DNA from: Octopus sinensis
Taxonomy: Eukaryota
Assembly: GCF_006345805.1 (NCBI RefSeq)
Contig: NC_043004.1
Location: forward strand, 76,880,001-76,944,000
Direction: 5' to 3'
DNA length: 64,000 nucleotides
Shown here piece after piece: positions 50,795-63,391 of this stretch (positions are counted from its first letter, which is position 1; every line of letters starts with the position of its first letter). The notes beneath the pieces are model-generated. The model had not been told where the DNA came from. It made no database searches and saw only the letters and a program-made list of their open reading frames with translations. Made by a program: the position numbers and the translations under genes.

Positions 50795-52289
50795 ATCCAT
50801 GCCAATTGCATATAAGTAGCTGCCATGCCAGTGCCATGTAAAATGTACTGGTGATGGTGCCAGATAAAAAGCGTTGGTGCCACATAAAAAGCACTGGTGC
50901 TTATGCCACATGTAAAGCACTGCTGCTATTAACATGTAAAAAAAGACCCAATACACTCTGTAGAGTGGTTGGCATTAAGAAGTGCATCCAGATGGAAACC
51001 ATGCCAAAACAGACAAATAGAGCCTGGTGCAACTCACTGGCTTGCCAGCTCCTTTCAAATTGTCCACCCCATACCAGCATAGAAAATGGACATTAAATGA
51101 CGACGACGATGATGACGATAATGGCATGGGTTGGACGATTTGACAGAGGACTGGCAAACCAGATGGCTGCCCCAGGCTCCAATCTTGATCTGGCAGAGTT
51201 TCTACAGCTGGATGCCCTTCCGAACGCCAACCACTCTGAGCTCCTGTTGAAATTCCAGTTATTTTAGAAACTGTAAAAATGGGTGGGAGTTTATTGAAAA
51301 CTAGGAAACATAATTTCGAATAAAATTCTATTTAAAAAAATTTTTTGCTTTTTGGAGATTGTGTAAAAGTCAGCATAGGAAACGGAGTAGGGTATTATCA
51401 TTATGTTGTTGGTAAGAAGCAGTTAGCTAAGAGACCATGGATAAAAATGACCATACAAGCACAGTCATGGCTGTGGGGTAAGAAGTTTGCTTCCTACCTA
51501 TATGGTTCTGGGTTTGTCCCACTATGTTTCACCTTGGGCAAGTGTCTTTTACTATATATAGCCCAGGGACGCCCAAAACCTGGTGAGTGGATTTGGTAGA
51601 CAGAAGTTGAAAGAAGCCCATCATGTGTGTGCGCATGAACGTTTGTCCCCCACCTCTTGTAATCAATTTCGAAAAACTGAAAAGAAAAATTCTAATGTAA
51701 TTTTGTGAAAATATAAAAAAATACTATTGTAATAGAAATTCATTTTATGTAAAAGAGAAAAACTGTCCAAATGTAACTACTCGACTTTGGGGGTCAAGTG
51801 GGCATTGCACCTCATTTTATACTCTTTCATATTTTCATTCGTTTCTTTTAATTTTTTGCTTCTTATCTCATCTTCTTTTTGTAAGTTTTAAGTTCCCTGA
51901 GTTTATGTTTGTCACGTCTTGTATTTGTCCCATTCTTTGTATAGCCTCTTGTGGGTAATAAAAAATTTGCGTTTGTCCCCCACCACCATTTCACAACTGG
52001 TGCTGGTGTGTTTATGTACCCATAACTTATGGTTTAGTGAAAAGGACCCGCTAGATTAAGTACCAATCTTGAGAAAAAAAAAAAATGAGTCCTGGGATTG
52101 ATTTATTTGATTAAACCCTTTAAACTCTTCAAGGCAGTGCTCCAGCATGGTCGCAGTTCAGTGACTGAAGTAAATAAAAGACAAGTGATAAAAGATGCAG
52201 ACAGATATATACCTGTATCATTTGTGTTGCAGCTTCCTCAGGCTACAGGATTTCACGATTATGGAAACTGTAAAATATAATTATGAAAT

Positions 52290-52780
52290 TTGAGAATGGC
52301 TCCCTGTGCGGTGGCATGTAAAAGGTACCATCCAAACGTGGTCAACGCCAGTCCCCTCCAACTGGCTCCTGTGCCAGTGACACATAAAAAGCACCATCTG
52401 AATGTGGTTGATGTTAGTGCCACCTGACTGGTTCCCGTACCGGTGGCACATAAAAGGCACCATCCAAATGTGGTCAATGCCAGTCCCCTCTGTCTGGCTC
52501 TTGTGCCAGTGGAATGTAAAAAGCACCATCCAAATGTAGTTGATGCCAGTGCTGCCTGACTGGCTCCCGTGCCAGTGGCACATGAAAAGCTCCCACTACA
52601 CTCTCAGAACGATTGGCATTAGGAAGGGTATCCAACTGTAGAAACCTTGTCAGATTAGATTGGAGCCTGGTGCAACCTACTGGCTTGCCAGCCCCCAGTC
52701 AAACCGTCCAATCCAGGCCAGCATGGAAAACTGACGTTAAATGATGATGATGATGATGATGATGACGACGACGACGATAG
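52290..52780 (+). mobile_element. RTE LINE 3' UTR with about five internal units
   Basis: Repeated GGCACATAAAAAGCACCATCC units, then the tail. Confidence 0.85.
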
Positions 52781-53304
52781 CGTTCTTTAACTTTGCCCTT
52801 GCAGAAACTCAGATAATTTTAACACTTTAGAAACTATAGCTTCTTATCCAGACTCCACTTTTTGGTTACGGTCAAAGTGTAGCAAAGAATTTAAAAACCT
52901 ATAACCAAGATATATGTGGGTGGGTGTGTTTTGTGTGTATGCAGTCTGCATATGTATGTGTGTGTATGTATGCAAGTGTTTGTATCTAGTGGTACTCAAC
53001 TGTTTTTTTACCTATGGACTCCTTTGATTATTATGTTACACAGGTGGGCCCTCAAAACTGTTCAACGTTTAAAAAGTATTATTATTGTATTTTTATAATT
53101 AAATTTTTATTGGAAATTGTTAAAAAAAATTAAAATTGCCAAAATATTTTCATCAATTATAGAAGTATGACCAATCTATGTTTCCATAGCTTGCACACTG
53201 GGTACATCCTATGGAGTCTCTACCTACACCTTTTCTACAGATCGCACAGGGCCACCTACTTGAAGGGGTGTGTGATATGTTTGCCTTCCGACTTACTATA
53301 TTAT

Positions 53305-53418
<114 letters not shown>

Positions 53419-53744
53419 ATATATATATTTATATATGTATATATATATATATATTGATATACATATGTATATACAGCGGGCTTCTTTCAGTTTCTGTCTA
53501 CCAAATCCACTCACAAGGCTTTGGTAAGCCTGAGGCTATAGAAAAAGGCACTTGCCCAAGTTGTCTTGCAGTGGGACTGAACCCGGAACCATGTGGTTGG
53601 GAAACAAGCTTCTTATCATACAGCCATGCCTAGCCACCTTGCCATTATTTTGTGGCATTAAATCATATTTGTTTATAATAAAATTATGAATAACATGGTT
53701 TTTCTTGACACTAATGCCTTACTAAGGACTTTCTAATGCATTTG

Positions 53745-54143
53745 CCCTTTACCATTCAAACTGGCCATATTCCACCAAAATATTCTACCTGTTTTATGTT
53801 GAAACCAGCCTGATACAGCCTTTTACATGTACCCTACAATATCGGTCTAAATACATAGAATTAGGTGCAGGTGTTTCTTAAAAAGCATCCAGTCCTCACT
53901 GTAATGTGGTTGGCACTTGGAAGGTCATTAAGCTGTAAATTCTATGCCAAAACAGACACATAAGCATGGCGCAAGCTCCTGCCTGGCCAGCTCCTGTCAA
54001 ATCATCTATCCCATGTCAGCAAGGAAGGAGAACATTAAACAATGATGATGATGATGATATTTTCAAAATCTCAAAGCTATGAGATAAAGCATAAGTAATT
54101 CAAATATCATTACATTTGACAGAATAATTTGAACACTAAAGGG
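53745..54143. mobile_element. Old piggyBac-type MITE interrupted by an RTE tail (about 53865-54058)
   Basis: CCCTTTA / TAAAGGG ends with degenerate TTAA flanks; internal part also seen at 17215-17398. Confidence 0.6.
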
Positions 54144-54215
54144 TCAAACTATGTTTATAAAAATCTATAGTGCCTCTAGATACCCTTTACAGCACACCTC
54201 AAAATGGTGTTTATA

Positions 54216-55699
54216 TTGGGTCATCCCATAAATAATGTGGTTTTTTTTATACTTCTTTTATTTTTTGGAAATTAAGATGGAATTTTGTCAGTGATCAGGT
54301 TGTGGTCTCAAAGCAACGAAAGCTTTTTGGCAAATTAAATTCAAATGTTGAACTGTATCAAACGGCTTTTCTGTGTTTTTGAATGGCTTATAAGCACCTT
54401 CCACGCTGCAATTGTTTTTGTTTCAGTGCACGATCTCAGATCAGGTCACTTGCTATGAAAGTACATCTCCATAAGATCAACAAAGTTCTTTTTTAATCTA
54501 AAATATACTCTTCTTCATTTTCTACAATGTCCTTCCATCTATCTGGTAGACTTGCAAGGTCCCATTTCAAAAATTTACTTGTCCATGATAAAAATACTCC
54601 TCCAATACTGTTCTGACTTCGTCTACAAAATTCATATTTTTTTCCATCCAAATGATTTTGAAGACTGCAGAATAAACGATAATCAGATGGGGCAATGTCT
54701 AGTGAATATGATATGTGGGGCATTGTTTCCCATTCAAACTGCTACAGCTTTTGGAATGTCATCCTCACTGCCTGTGACTTAGCATTATCCTGATGGAAGA
54801 ACACCTTTCATCTTGAAACCAAAGATGGTCGTTACATTGTAGCACTGACTTAAGCCTCTCGAGTTGCTCACAGTCGATCTCCTTTGTTATCATTTAGTTA
54901 GGGTTTAAATATTCAAAGTGGACTAAACCTTTCACATCCCACCAAACAGATAACAGCACCTTATGTGAGTAAAGACCTTCTGTAACCTGGGATACCTGTG
55001 TTTCTCCTTTCCCTACCCACTGTCTTTGGCACCTGACATGGTTTTAGGGAACCCATTTCTCATCAACAGTCATTTTTCAGTCCACAAAAGGTTTATTCAT
55101 GAGATGTGACAGCAAAGAAAAGCACACATTCACTCTCTGCGTGTAATTAGACTTGAAAGTTTATGAGGAACCCATTGACCCAATTTGCTGACTTTTTTGA
55201 TGGGATGCAAGTGTTAATGAATGGTTGAATGATCAAATCCAAGCTCCTCTTCTAGTTTCTCAACAGTTATGATGGGATTCTGTTCAATCAGCATTTGCAA
55301 GACGTCCTCATTGAGCTCTACAGATCTTCCAGGATGTGATTTATCTTCTAGGCTGTAATTTCCGGCTCGGAATTTCTGGTACCACCTTTGACACTGGCTC
55401 ACGCTTATTGTCCAGTCCCTGTATACTGCATTAATATTCCTCACACTTTCTGTTATGTTGTTGTCTTTATTGAGCTTGGAAAGCAAAATATGTCAAATAT
55501 GCTCCTTTGTTACTTCCATAATAGCTTTGAAAATACAACTGTTAAAACTGCACTCTTCAAAACCAGCACTAAGAATAAGTACAAGGTAAAATTACTACCT
55601 CCTTTCATAGCAAGTTGATGCAGGTAGTTTATCCCATCCCCCTCCGACTTTTAGTTCATGCAATTCTAAAAGACCGTTCTCTTTATGGGATGACCCAAA
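54216..55699 (-). mobile_element. Full-length decayed mariner (D34D-type)
   Basis: TIRs TTGGGTCATCCCATAAA / TTTATGGGATGACCCAA with TA flanks; transposase from ATG 55519 (MEVTKEHI*HILL..QRWYQKFRAGNYSLED..GR) to YSLDIAPSDY...EYILD* at 54493. Confidence 0.92.
54279..54471. mobile_element. 193-bp unclassified repeat inserted in the mariner 3' UTR
   Basis: TAAGAT duplicated at 54273-54278 and 54472-54477; homologous to 56961-57198. Confidence 0.75.
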
Positions 55700-55878
55700 T
55701 ACAAACAAAAAGTATTTTTATTGCTAATCCTTAATTTGTGAAGGTATGTAGTTTAATGGTTAGGGTTTTGCATTTATGATTGCAAGATCTCGGGTTCAGT
55801 CCCTGGTCTGGGCAGTGTATTGTGTCCTGCAAAAACCATTCATTTCACATTACTTAAGTTCACTCAACTGTAAATAAA

Positions 55879-56098
55879 TATTTCTTTACTACCCACAAGG
55901 GGCTAAACACAGAGAGGGCAAACAAGGACAGATTAAGTCGATTATATCGACCCCAGTGCGTAACTGGTACTTATTTAATCGACCCCAAAAGGATGAAAGG
56001 CAAAGTTGACCTTAGTGGAATTTGAACTCAGAATGTAACGACAAACGAAATACCGCTCAGCATTTCGCCCGGCGTGCTAACATTTCTGCCAGCTCGCC
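55879..56098 (-). mobile_element. SINE family B, full-length
   Basis: Reverse-complement match to 61747-61978. Confidence 0.88.
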
Positions 56099-56211
56099 AG
56101 TTGTCCAGGGGCAATGTGATGTCAGTCAGTTATAGGCCACGGAAAACCATGTAATTGGCACTATGAGAGTTAGGTCTTGAGAAAACACTCATTCTGTATT
56201 TTTTATTTCAG

Positions 56212-56290
56212 TTTTCAGGCTTACAAAAATTCCGCTATATATAAGTGGTTACCTTGTGCACAGATGGAGTGCATGAATACTAGTCAAACT
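56212..56290 (+). CDS. Candidate internal coding exon of an unidentified host gene
   Basis: Acceptor TATTTTTTATTTCAG, donor GTAAGT; one open frame FQAYKNSAIYKWLPCAQMECMNTSQT ending in phase 0; an alternative acceptor at 56219 is also in frame. Confidence 0.4.
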
Positions 56291-57295
56291 GTAAGTTTAT
56301 TTCCTTTTCTTGCATAGACAATTAGTTGTAGCTACACCGAAGTCCCAGTATGAGTTCAGCAAATATCTTTTTAATGTATTAAATTGGAAAAAAAAAATTT
56401 TGTCCTCATGACTGCAGATCATTGTATTTCATTTGAAATTTTAAAAATTCATCAACATCATCATTATCATCATTGTTATCATCTTCATCATTGCCTTTGT
56501 CATCATTATCACCATCAACATCATCATCGTCATCATCATCATCATCATCATCAGGAGATGCAATGGCCCAGTGGTTAGGGCAGTGGATTCGCGGTTGGAG
56601 GATTGCAGTTTCGATTCCAAGACCGGGCGTTGTGTGTGTTTATTGAGCAAAAACACCTAAAGCTCCATGAGGCTCCGACAGGGGGTGGTGGCGACCGCTG
56701 AGCATTTCGTCCAGCGCGCAAACGATTCTGCCAGCTCACCACTCAGACGAATTATCAAAGACCTCTTTCATCATGAATATAGCATAATTGTTTCCACTTA
56801 TGTAAGACAAACTCTATGTTGCCGTATCAATAGCTTGCCATAAACCTCAAACAGTATTATTGCTGTTGTTACCTGTGAAAGGCCAATGCAGTCTGTCTCT
56901 ATTTGCAATAGAAAAATTGGTAAATGTTCACAGTTATTTCTACAATCACTTCTACATTTGCGGAGATGTACTTGCATAGCAAGTGACGTGATCTGAGATC
57001 GTGTGCTGGGACGAAAACAATTGCAGCATGGAGGTGTTTATAAGCCATTTAAGAAACACACAAAAGCCGTTTGATTCACTTCAACATTTAAATTTAATTT
57101 GCCAAAGCGACGAAAATATGTTGGCAAATTGAATTTAGATGTTGAAGTGAATCTAACGGTTTTTGTGTGTTTCTTAAATGGCTTATAAACACCTTCCACA
57201 CTTCCACATGTAGCTCAGGAAAGAGTTTCATTCATCAACCCAACTAAACACCACCACAGACCAGACAGCAAATATCCAAGCAGCAGTGGTAAGTG

Positions 57296-57664
57296 GAGGC
57301 ACAATGGCCCAATGGTTGTGGCAGCGGACTCGCAGTTGGAAGATCGCGGTTTCGATTCCCAGACCGGGCGTTGTGTGTGTTTATTGAGCAAAAACACCTA
57401 AAGTGCTACGAGGCTCCAGCAGGGGGTGGTGGCGACCCCTGTTGTACTCTTTCGCCCCAACTTTCTCTCACTCTTTCTTCCTGTTTCTTGTCCCCAATTT
57501 CCTATGCAACCGCTGAGCCTGGATGAGCATTCATCCATCCATCAATGCTCTCGGTGTCAGGGGTTGACCTGCCTTCTCTTCTGCAGGTCTTACGAATAGC
57601 AAAGGACCACGTTTCGGACTTCTCCCACTAGGGACGAAGACCGCTTAGCTCAACAAACAAACAA
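57296..57664 (+). mobile_element. SINE family D, tail type 2
   Basis: Same head; tail ends GGGACGAAGACCGCTT...(CAAA)n. Confidence 0.85.
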
Positions 57665-57793
57665 GCAGCAGTGGTAAATCTGTTGGGTTCGTGCATAATT
57701 ATTGCGACTTATTTTCAGCAAATTTTATTTAAAAAAAAAGCAATAGCATCATGTAACAAAAACATCTTGAAGACAGTGACCAAAAATAGCATT

Positions 57794-58340
57794 CTTTTAC
57801 TTGTTTCAGTCATTTGACTGCGGCCATGCTGGAGCACTGCCTTCAGTTGAGCAAATCAACCCCAGAACTTATTCTTTCTAAGCCTAGTACTTATTCTCTT
57901 GGTCTCTTTTGCCGAACCACTAAGTTACAGGGATGTAAACACACCAGCATCGGTTGTCAAGCGATGTTGGGGGGACAATCACACACATACAAACACACAT
58001 ATATACATATATACGACGGGCTTCTTTCAGTTTCCGTCTACCAAATCCACTCACAAGGCTTTGAGTGAAGCGGTCTTTGTTCCTAGTGGGGGAAGTCCGA
58101 AATGTGGTCGTTTGCTATTCGTAAGACCTGCAGAAGAGAAAGCAGGTCAATCCCCGACACCGAGAGCATCGATGGATGGATGAATGCGCATCCAGGTTCA
58201 GCGGTTGCATAGGAAGTCGGGGACAAGAAACAGGAAGAAAGAGTGAGAGAAAGAAGACACTTGCCCAAGGTGCTACACAGTGGGACTGAACCTGGAACCA
58301 TGTGGTTCATAAGTGAGCTACTTATCTCACAGCCACTCCT
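57794..58340 (-). mobile_element. SINE family A interrupted by a family D type 2 tail (58064-58253)
   Basis: Family A sequence resumes at GAAGACACTTGCCCAAGG. Confidence 0.8.
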
Positions 58341-58786
58341 GTGCATTGATAAATTACCTATACTTTTATTTTTCATCTATTTTCTTCCTTATTTACATAC
58401 AGCCAATCAGTCTCATTGTGCAAGTGTCTGTTACTAAGCCCTCAGATGACCAAAATCTTGTGAGTGGATTTGATCGATGGAAACTGAAAGAAGCTTATTT
58501 GTGTGTGTGTACAAAAAACCCCACTTTTTTGCATCAAGGGCTTATATGCCCCTATATTAGACTATTTTCTTTAGCCAGTACATGGTGATCACTGATAAAC
58601 ATCTAGCTTATAATAATAATTATTATTATTTATAAAACTGTCGCTCATCGCCATTTCTCCATGTTTGTATGTGTGTGTGATTGTCCCCCATCACTACTTG
58701 ACAACCAGTGTTGGTGTGTTTATGTCCTTGTAATTTAGTGGTTCAGCAAAAGTGAACATTTATATGATAATGGTGATGATGATGAT

Positions 58787-59166
58787 TGTTTGTTTGTTTG
58801 TTTGTTTGTTGAATGAAGCGGTCTTCGTCCCTAGTGGGAGAAGTCTGAAACGTGGTCCTTTGCTATTCGTAAGACCTGCAGAAGAGAAAGCAGGTCAACC
58901 CCCGACACCAAGAGCATCGATGGATGGATGAATGTGCATCCAGGCTCAGCGGTTGCATGGGAAGTCGGCGACAAGAAACAGGTAGAAAGAGTGAGAGAAA
59001 GTTAGAGCGAAAGTGTACAACAGGGTTCGCCACCACCCGCTGCCGGAGACTCGTGGCGCTTTAGGTGTTTTCGCTCAATAAACACACACAACACATGGTC
59101 TGGGAATCGAAACTGCGATCCTCTGACCGCGAGTCTGTTGCCCTAACCATTGGGCCATTGCACCTC
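58787..59166 (-). mobile_element. SINE family D, tail type 2
   Basis: Reverse complement of 57296-57664. Confidence 0.85.
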
Positions 59167-59497
59167 CGATGATGATGATGATGAAGTATGGTATATTATT
59201 AGATCCCCTGCTTACTGTTAACCACCAAGAAGAAGGAGTGATTATCATTTTTGATAGCCAGGCTAAAATCAGAGCAAGTGGAAACCCAATAGAATGGGTG
59301 AAGCAATAAGATTGTTTTCATTAATATGTGGTCAGTTGTCCAGCATCTTAACTGCATAGTGAATGAATACTGTCTCAAATCCTAAGACTTATAAGGCCAA
59401 TTCCCTGCTCTCCATTATGTATCAGTGGCCAAGATCACAACATTTGCCCTGGACTAATGATTCAGCCACCTTTACTGTTTCTTTGCCTCTTTTGTTT

Positions 59498-59850
59498 TTT
59501 TTACTTATCTTCCAATCATCATCATCATCATCATCATCATTTAACGTCTGCTTTCCATGCTAGCATGGGTTGGACGATTTGACTGAGGTCTGGTGAACAA
59601 GACTCCAATCTGATCTGACAGAGTTTCTACAGCTGGATGCCCTTCCTAATGCCAACCACTCCGAGAGTGTAGTGGGTGCTTTTACGTGCCACCGGCATGA
59701 GAGCCAGTTTGGTGGTACTGGCAACGGCCATGCCCAAATGGTGCTTTTTATGTGCCACCTTGCACAGGAGCCAGTCCAGTGGCACTAGCGACGACCTTGC
59801 TCAAATGTTTCACATGCCACCAGCACAAGTGCCAGTAAGGCGACCTGAAA
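59498..59850 (-). mobile_element. RTE LINE 3' end
   Basis: Reverse complement of the RTE tail. Confidence 0.82.
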
Positions 59851-60071
59851 ATTTAAGGGGAAAAGCTGGCAGAGTCATGAGTACACTGCTTTAAATTTTC
59901 AGATAATATTGGTTGATAAGAAGAAACAATGAAGCTGGCAGAATCATTAACACACCAGGCAAAATGCTTAGCAACATTTCATCCAACTTTGTACTTAGAA
60001 AGATACAGAAATAATTTATTCTCAAACATATGATAATGCTAATACAATAGCATGAACAGGATAAACTATCC

Positions 60072-60470
60072 TATTTCTTTACTACCCACAAGGGGTTAAA
60101 CACAGAGGGGACAAACAAGGACAGACAACGGAAATAAGTCGATTATATCGACCCCAGTGCGTAACTGGTACTTATTTAATCAACCCCAAAAGGATGAAAG
60201 GCAAAGTCGACCTCGGCGGAATTTGAACTCAGAACGTAAAGGCAGACGAAATACCTATTTCTTTACTACCCACAAGGGGCTAAACACAGAGAGGACAAAC
60301 AAGGACAGACAAATGGATTAAGTCGATTATATCGACCACAGTGAGTAACTGGTACTCATTTAATTGACCCTGAAAGGATGAAAAGCAAAGTTGACCTTGG
60401 CGGAATTTGAACTTAGAACGTAACCGCAGACGAAATACCGCTAAGCATTTCGCCCGGCGTGCTAACGTTT
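60072..60470 (-). mobile_element. Tandem dimer of family B
   Basis: Head near 60470; body repeated with a junction at 60255/60256. Confidence 0.85.
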
Positions 60471-61099
60471 CTATTCATACATTGCTGTTAATGATGTTTG
60501 CTGCAATATATGGCTAGTTTATCTTGTTTGTGCTATTGTATTAACATTACCATGTGCTTAAGAATAAGATATTTCTCTCTCTTTCAATACATCTCAATGC
60601 TTCTAAAGCAAACTTTGTTTATCTTTATTGTAAATTTAATTTAATAAAGCTAGATTTATAAATCCTAAAATTGCAGAAGAATTCGTTACTGAGCAGTTTA
60701 GCTTAAAGATAAAGCACTTGACACATAATCACAGGGATGTAAGCTTGAGTCTCATGGCTGGCTGCCTGGTAATGATTTTTTTCCGCAATATATGGATAGT
60801 TTATCCTGTTCGTGCTGTTGTATTATCATTACCATGCGTTTGAGAATCAATTATTTCTCTATCTTTCAATACATCTTGACGCTTCTAAAGCAAACAATAT
60901 TTGCTTACTTTCATCATAAGTTAAATTTTTGCATTTAGAGTTCAAATTCCACTGAGGTTGACTTTGCCTTTCATCCTTTTGGGGGTCATTAAAATAATTG
61001 AGCACTTGAGTCAATGTGATCAACTTACACCCTCTCCATAAAATTGCTGGCTTTGTGCCAAAATTTGAAATTAGTATTATGTTGATGTTGATGGAAATT

Positions 61100-61433
61100 G
61101 TAGATGCGATACCTGTGCTGGTGGCACGTAAAAATCACGATCCATACGTAGCCAATGCCAGTGTCACCTTGACTGGCTTCTGTGCCAGTGGCACGTAAAA
61201 AACACCAACCGGTTGTGGATGCTGCCAGCCTCCCCTGGCACCTGTGCCGGTGGCACGTAAAAAGCACCCACTACACTCACGGAATGGTTGGTGTTAGGAA
61301 GGGCATCCAGCTGTAGAAACACTGCCAGATCAGACTGGAGCCTGGTGCAGCCTCCTGGCTTCCCAGACCCTGGTCAAACCGTCCAACCCGTGCTAGCACG
61401 GAAAACGGACGTTAAACGATGATGATGATGATG
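61100..61433 (+). mobile_element. RTE LINE 3' end
   Basis: Matches 31060-31385. Confidence 0.88.
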
Positions 61434-61528
61434 AGTATTATCTGAAAATTTATCTTTGAATTTTTCTTCTTTTTATTATATTTGTTTTATTCAGCTTCAT
61501 TCATCTTTAATCTCTTTATTTCATACAG

Positions 61529-61662
61529 CTCTGCAAATTTATTGTCATATCTCCTACAGTACAATATCCAAATAACTTAGGAAGTATAGAGTCTGTTCAC
61601 TTTACAGTTGTTGGAGGAACTGTAAATTTGAACTACAAGGATCCAACAGGAAACACTCAAAG
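61529..61662 (+). CDS. Candidate internal coding exon of an unidentified host gene
   Basis: Strong acceptor TCTTTAATCTCTTTATTTCATACAG, donor AAG|GTATGA; 134 nt; only the phase-0 frame is open: LCKFIVISPTVQYPNNLGSIESVHFTVVGGTVNLNYKDPTGNTQ. Confidence 0.5.
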
Positions 61663-61746
61663 GTATGATTAAAATGTGTAATGGTTTTCTTTGCTGCATT
61701 TATTTCATTATTATTACTTTTGTTTTGCTTATATGTTTTCTTGCAA

Positions 61747-61978
61747 GGCGGCGAGCTGGCAGAATCGTTAGCACGCCGGGTGAAATGCTTAGCGGTATTT
61801 CATCTGCCACTACGTTCTGAGTTTCAAATTCTGCCGAGGTCGACTTTGCCTTTCATCCTTTCGGGGTCGATAAATTAAATACCAGTTACGCACTGGGGCC
61901 GATGTAATCGACTTAATCCATTTGTCTGTATTTGTTTGTCCCTTCTATGTTTAGCCTCTTGTGGGTAGTAAAGAAATA
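61747..61978 (+). mobile_element. SINE family B, full-length reference copy
   Basis: GGCGGCGAGCTGGCAGAATCGTTAGCACGCCGGG head, B-box-like GAGTTTCAAATTC, ends GTAAAGAAATA. Confidence 0.88.
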
Positions 61979-62164
61979 TATGTTTTCTTGCTTTTGGGCA
62001 CCTAGTTTTTTGGATGAATTTTGGTCAGCTGTAAATTATTAGTCAGGTAGATTAATGCAAGTACCTTACAAAGTGATACAGCACATTGGCTGTCATCGTG
62101 ATGACGGAATTCCTCTTCCACTGATGTGTTTCAGTCATTACACTGTGGCCTTGAAGAATTTTAG

Positions 62165-62494
62165 TTGAACGAATTAACCCCGCTACTAATTTTTTTAAGC
62201 TTGGTATTTATTCTATCGATCTGTTATGCCAAACTGCTAAGTTACAGGACATAAACACAGACACAAAAGCGCACACATATATGTATGTGACTGTGTGTGT
62301 ACTGTTGGCGATTTTTTTTCGTCCGTCTTCCCTTCCTTGGATCTTTCCTTTTCCTATGTTTCTGATGAAGAGCTCCGCTCGAAACGTTAAATCCTCCTTC
62401 CTTCTTTCCTTTCCTGAGCGTCAAATAACACTATACTTGTTCCACGTCCTTGCATTTTTGTGTTTTCTCTTTGTCTTTTCATGCTTGGATCAAC

Positions 62495-62556
<62 letters not shown>

Positions 62557-62706
62557 GCTTTTTTCAGTTTTTGTCTACTAAATCCATTCACAAGGCCTTG
62601 GTTGGCTTGAGGTTATAGTAGACAACACTTGCTCAAGGTACCATGCAGTGGGATTGAACCCAGAACCATGTTTTTGGGAAGCAAGCTTCTTACCACACAT
62701 CCATGC
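62165..62706 (-). mobile_element. SINE family A interrupted by a Penelope-LTR-like fragment (about 62296-62477)
   Basis: Family A halves flank a pyrimidine-rich segment that contains a hammerhead. Confidence 0.7.
62358..62392 (+). ncRNA. Minimal type I hammerhead ribozyme
   Basis: GTTT-CTGATGA-A-GAGC-TCC-GCTC-GAAAC-GTT-AAAT; core intact, stem III palindrome ACGT. Confidence 0.72.
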
Positions 62707-62989
62707 CTACATGTGTGTGTGTGTGTGTGTGTGTAGTATGAGTATTTAGAACCTTAATATATACAGTGGCAGACAGGCCAGGTTGCCAGCTTACCCAATG
62801 CAAATGGGCCCCTGTGCCATTAGAAGCCATATATGGGGGCCCATGTTAGTATTTAAGGGGCCCATCCCCTCAAGTTTGAGAATTTTTTATTCACTCCTGT
62901 AAGAATACATTAATTATTTCAGCCTGGCTGTGTTTGTAGACAGGTGAAAAGAATACTTCCAACAACAAAAGAAAAAAAATTAAATGATA

Positions 62990-63391
62990 GGCGCAGGAGT
63001 GGCTGTGTGGTAAGTAGCTTGCTAACCAGCCACATGGTTCCGGGTTCAGTCCCACTGCGTGGCACCTTGGGCAAGTGTCTTCTACTATAGCCTCGGGCCG
63101 ACCAAAGCCTTGTGAGTGGATTTGGTAGACGGAAACTGAAAGAAGCCTGTCATATATATGTATATATATATATGTATGTATGTGTGTGTGTCTGTGTCTG
63201 TCTCCCTAGCATTGCTTGACAACCGATGCCGGTGTGTTTACGTCCCCGTACCTTAGCGGTTTGGCAAAGAGACAGATAGAATAAGTACTAGGCTTACAAA
63301 GAATAAGTCCCGGAATCGATTTGCTCGACTAAAGGCGGTGCTCCAGCATGGCCGCAGTCAAATGACTGAAACAAGTAAAAGAGTAAAAGAG
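62990..63391 (+). mobile_element. SINE family A, full-length reference copy
   Basis: A box TGGCTGTGTGG, B box GGTTCAGTCCC, CORE-like CCTTGGGCAAGT, internal microsatellite, (GTAAAAGA)n tail. Confidence 0.92.

Noticed and set aside
51358-51411. Possible 54-nt exon (CVKVSIGNGVGYYHYVV)
   Set aside because: GAG acceptor, and phase incompatible with the 56212 candidate; unsupported.
57600-57650. Hammerhead in the family D type 2 tail (minus strand CTAGTGG...GAAACGTG)
   Set aside because: Core mismatched at several positions, no stem I, GUG triplet.
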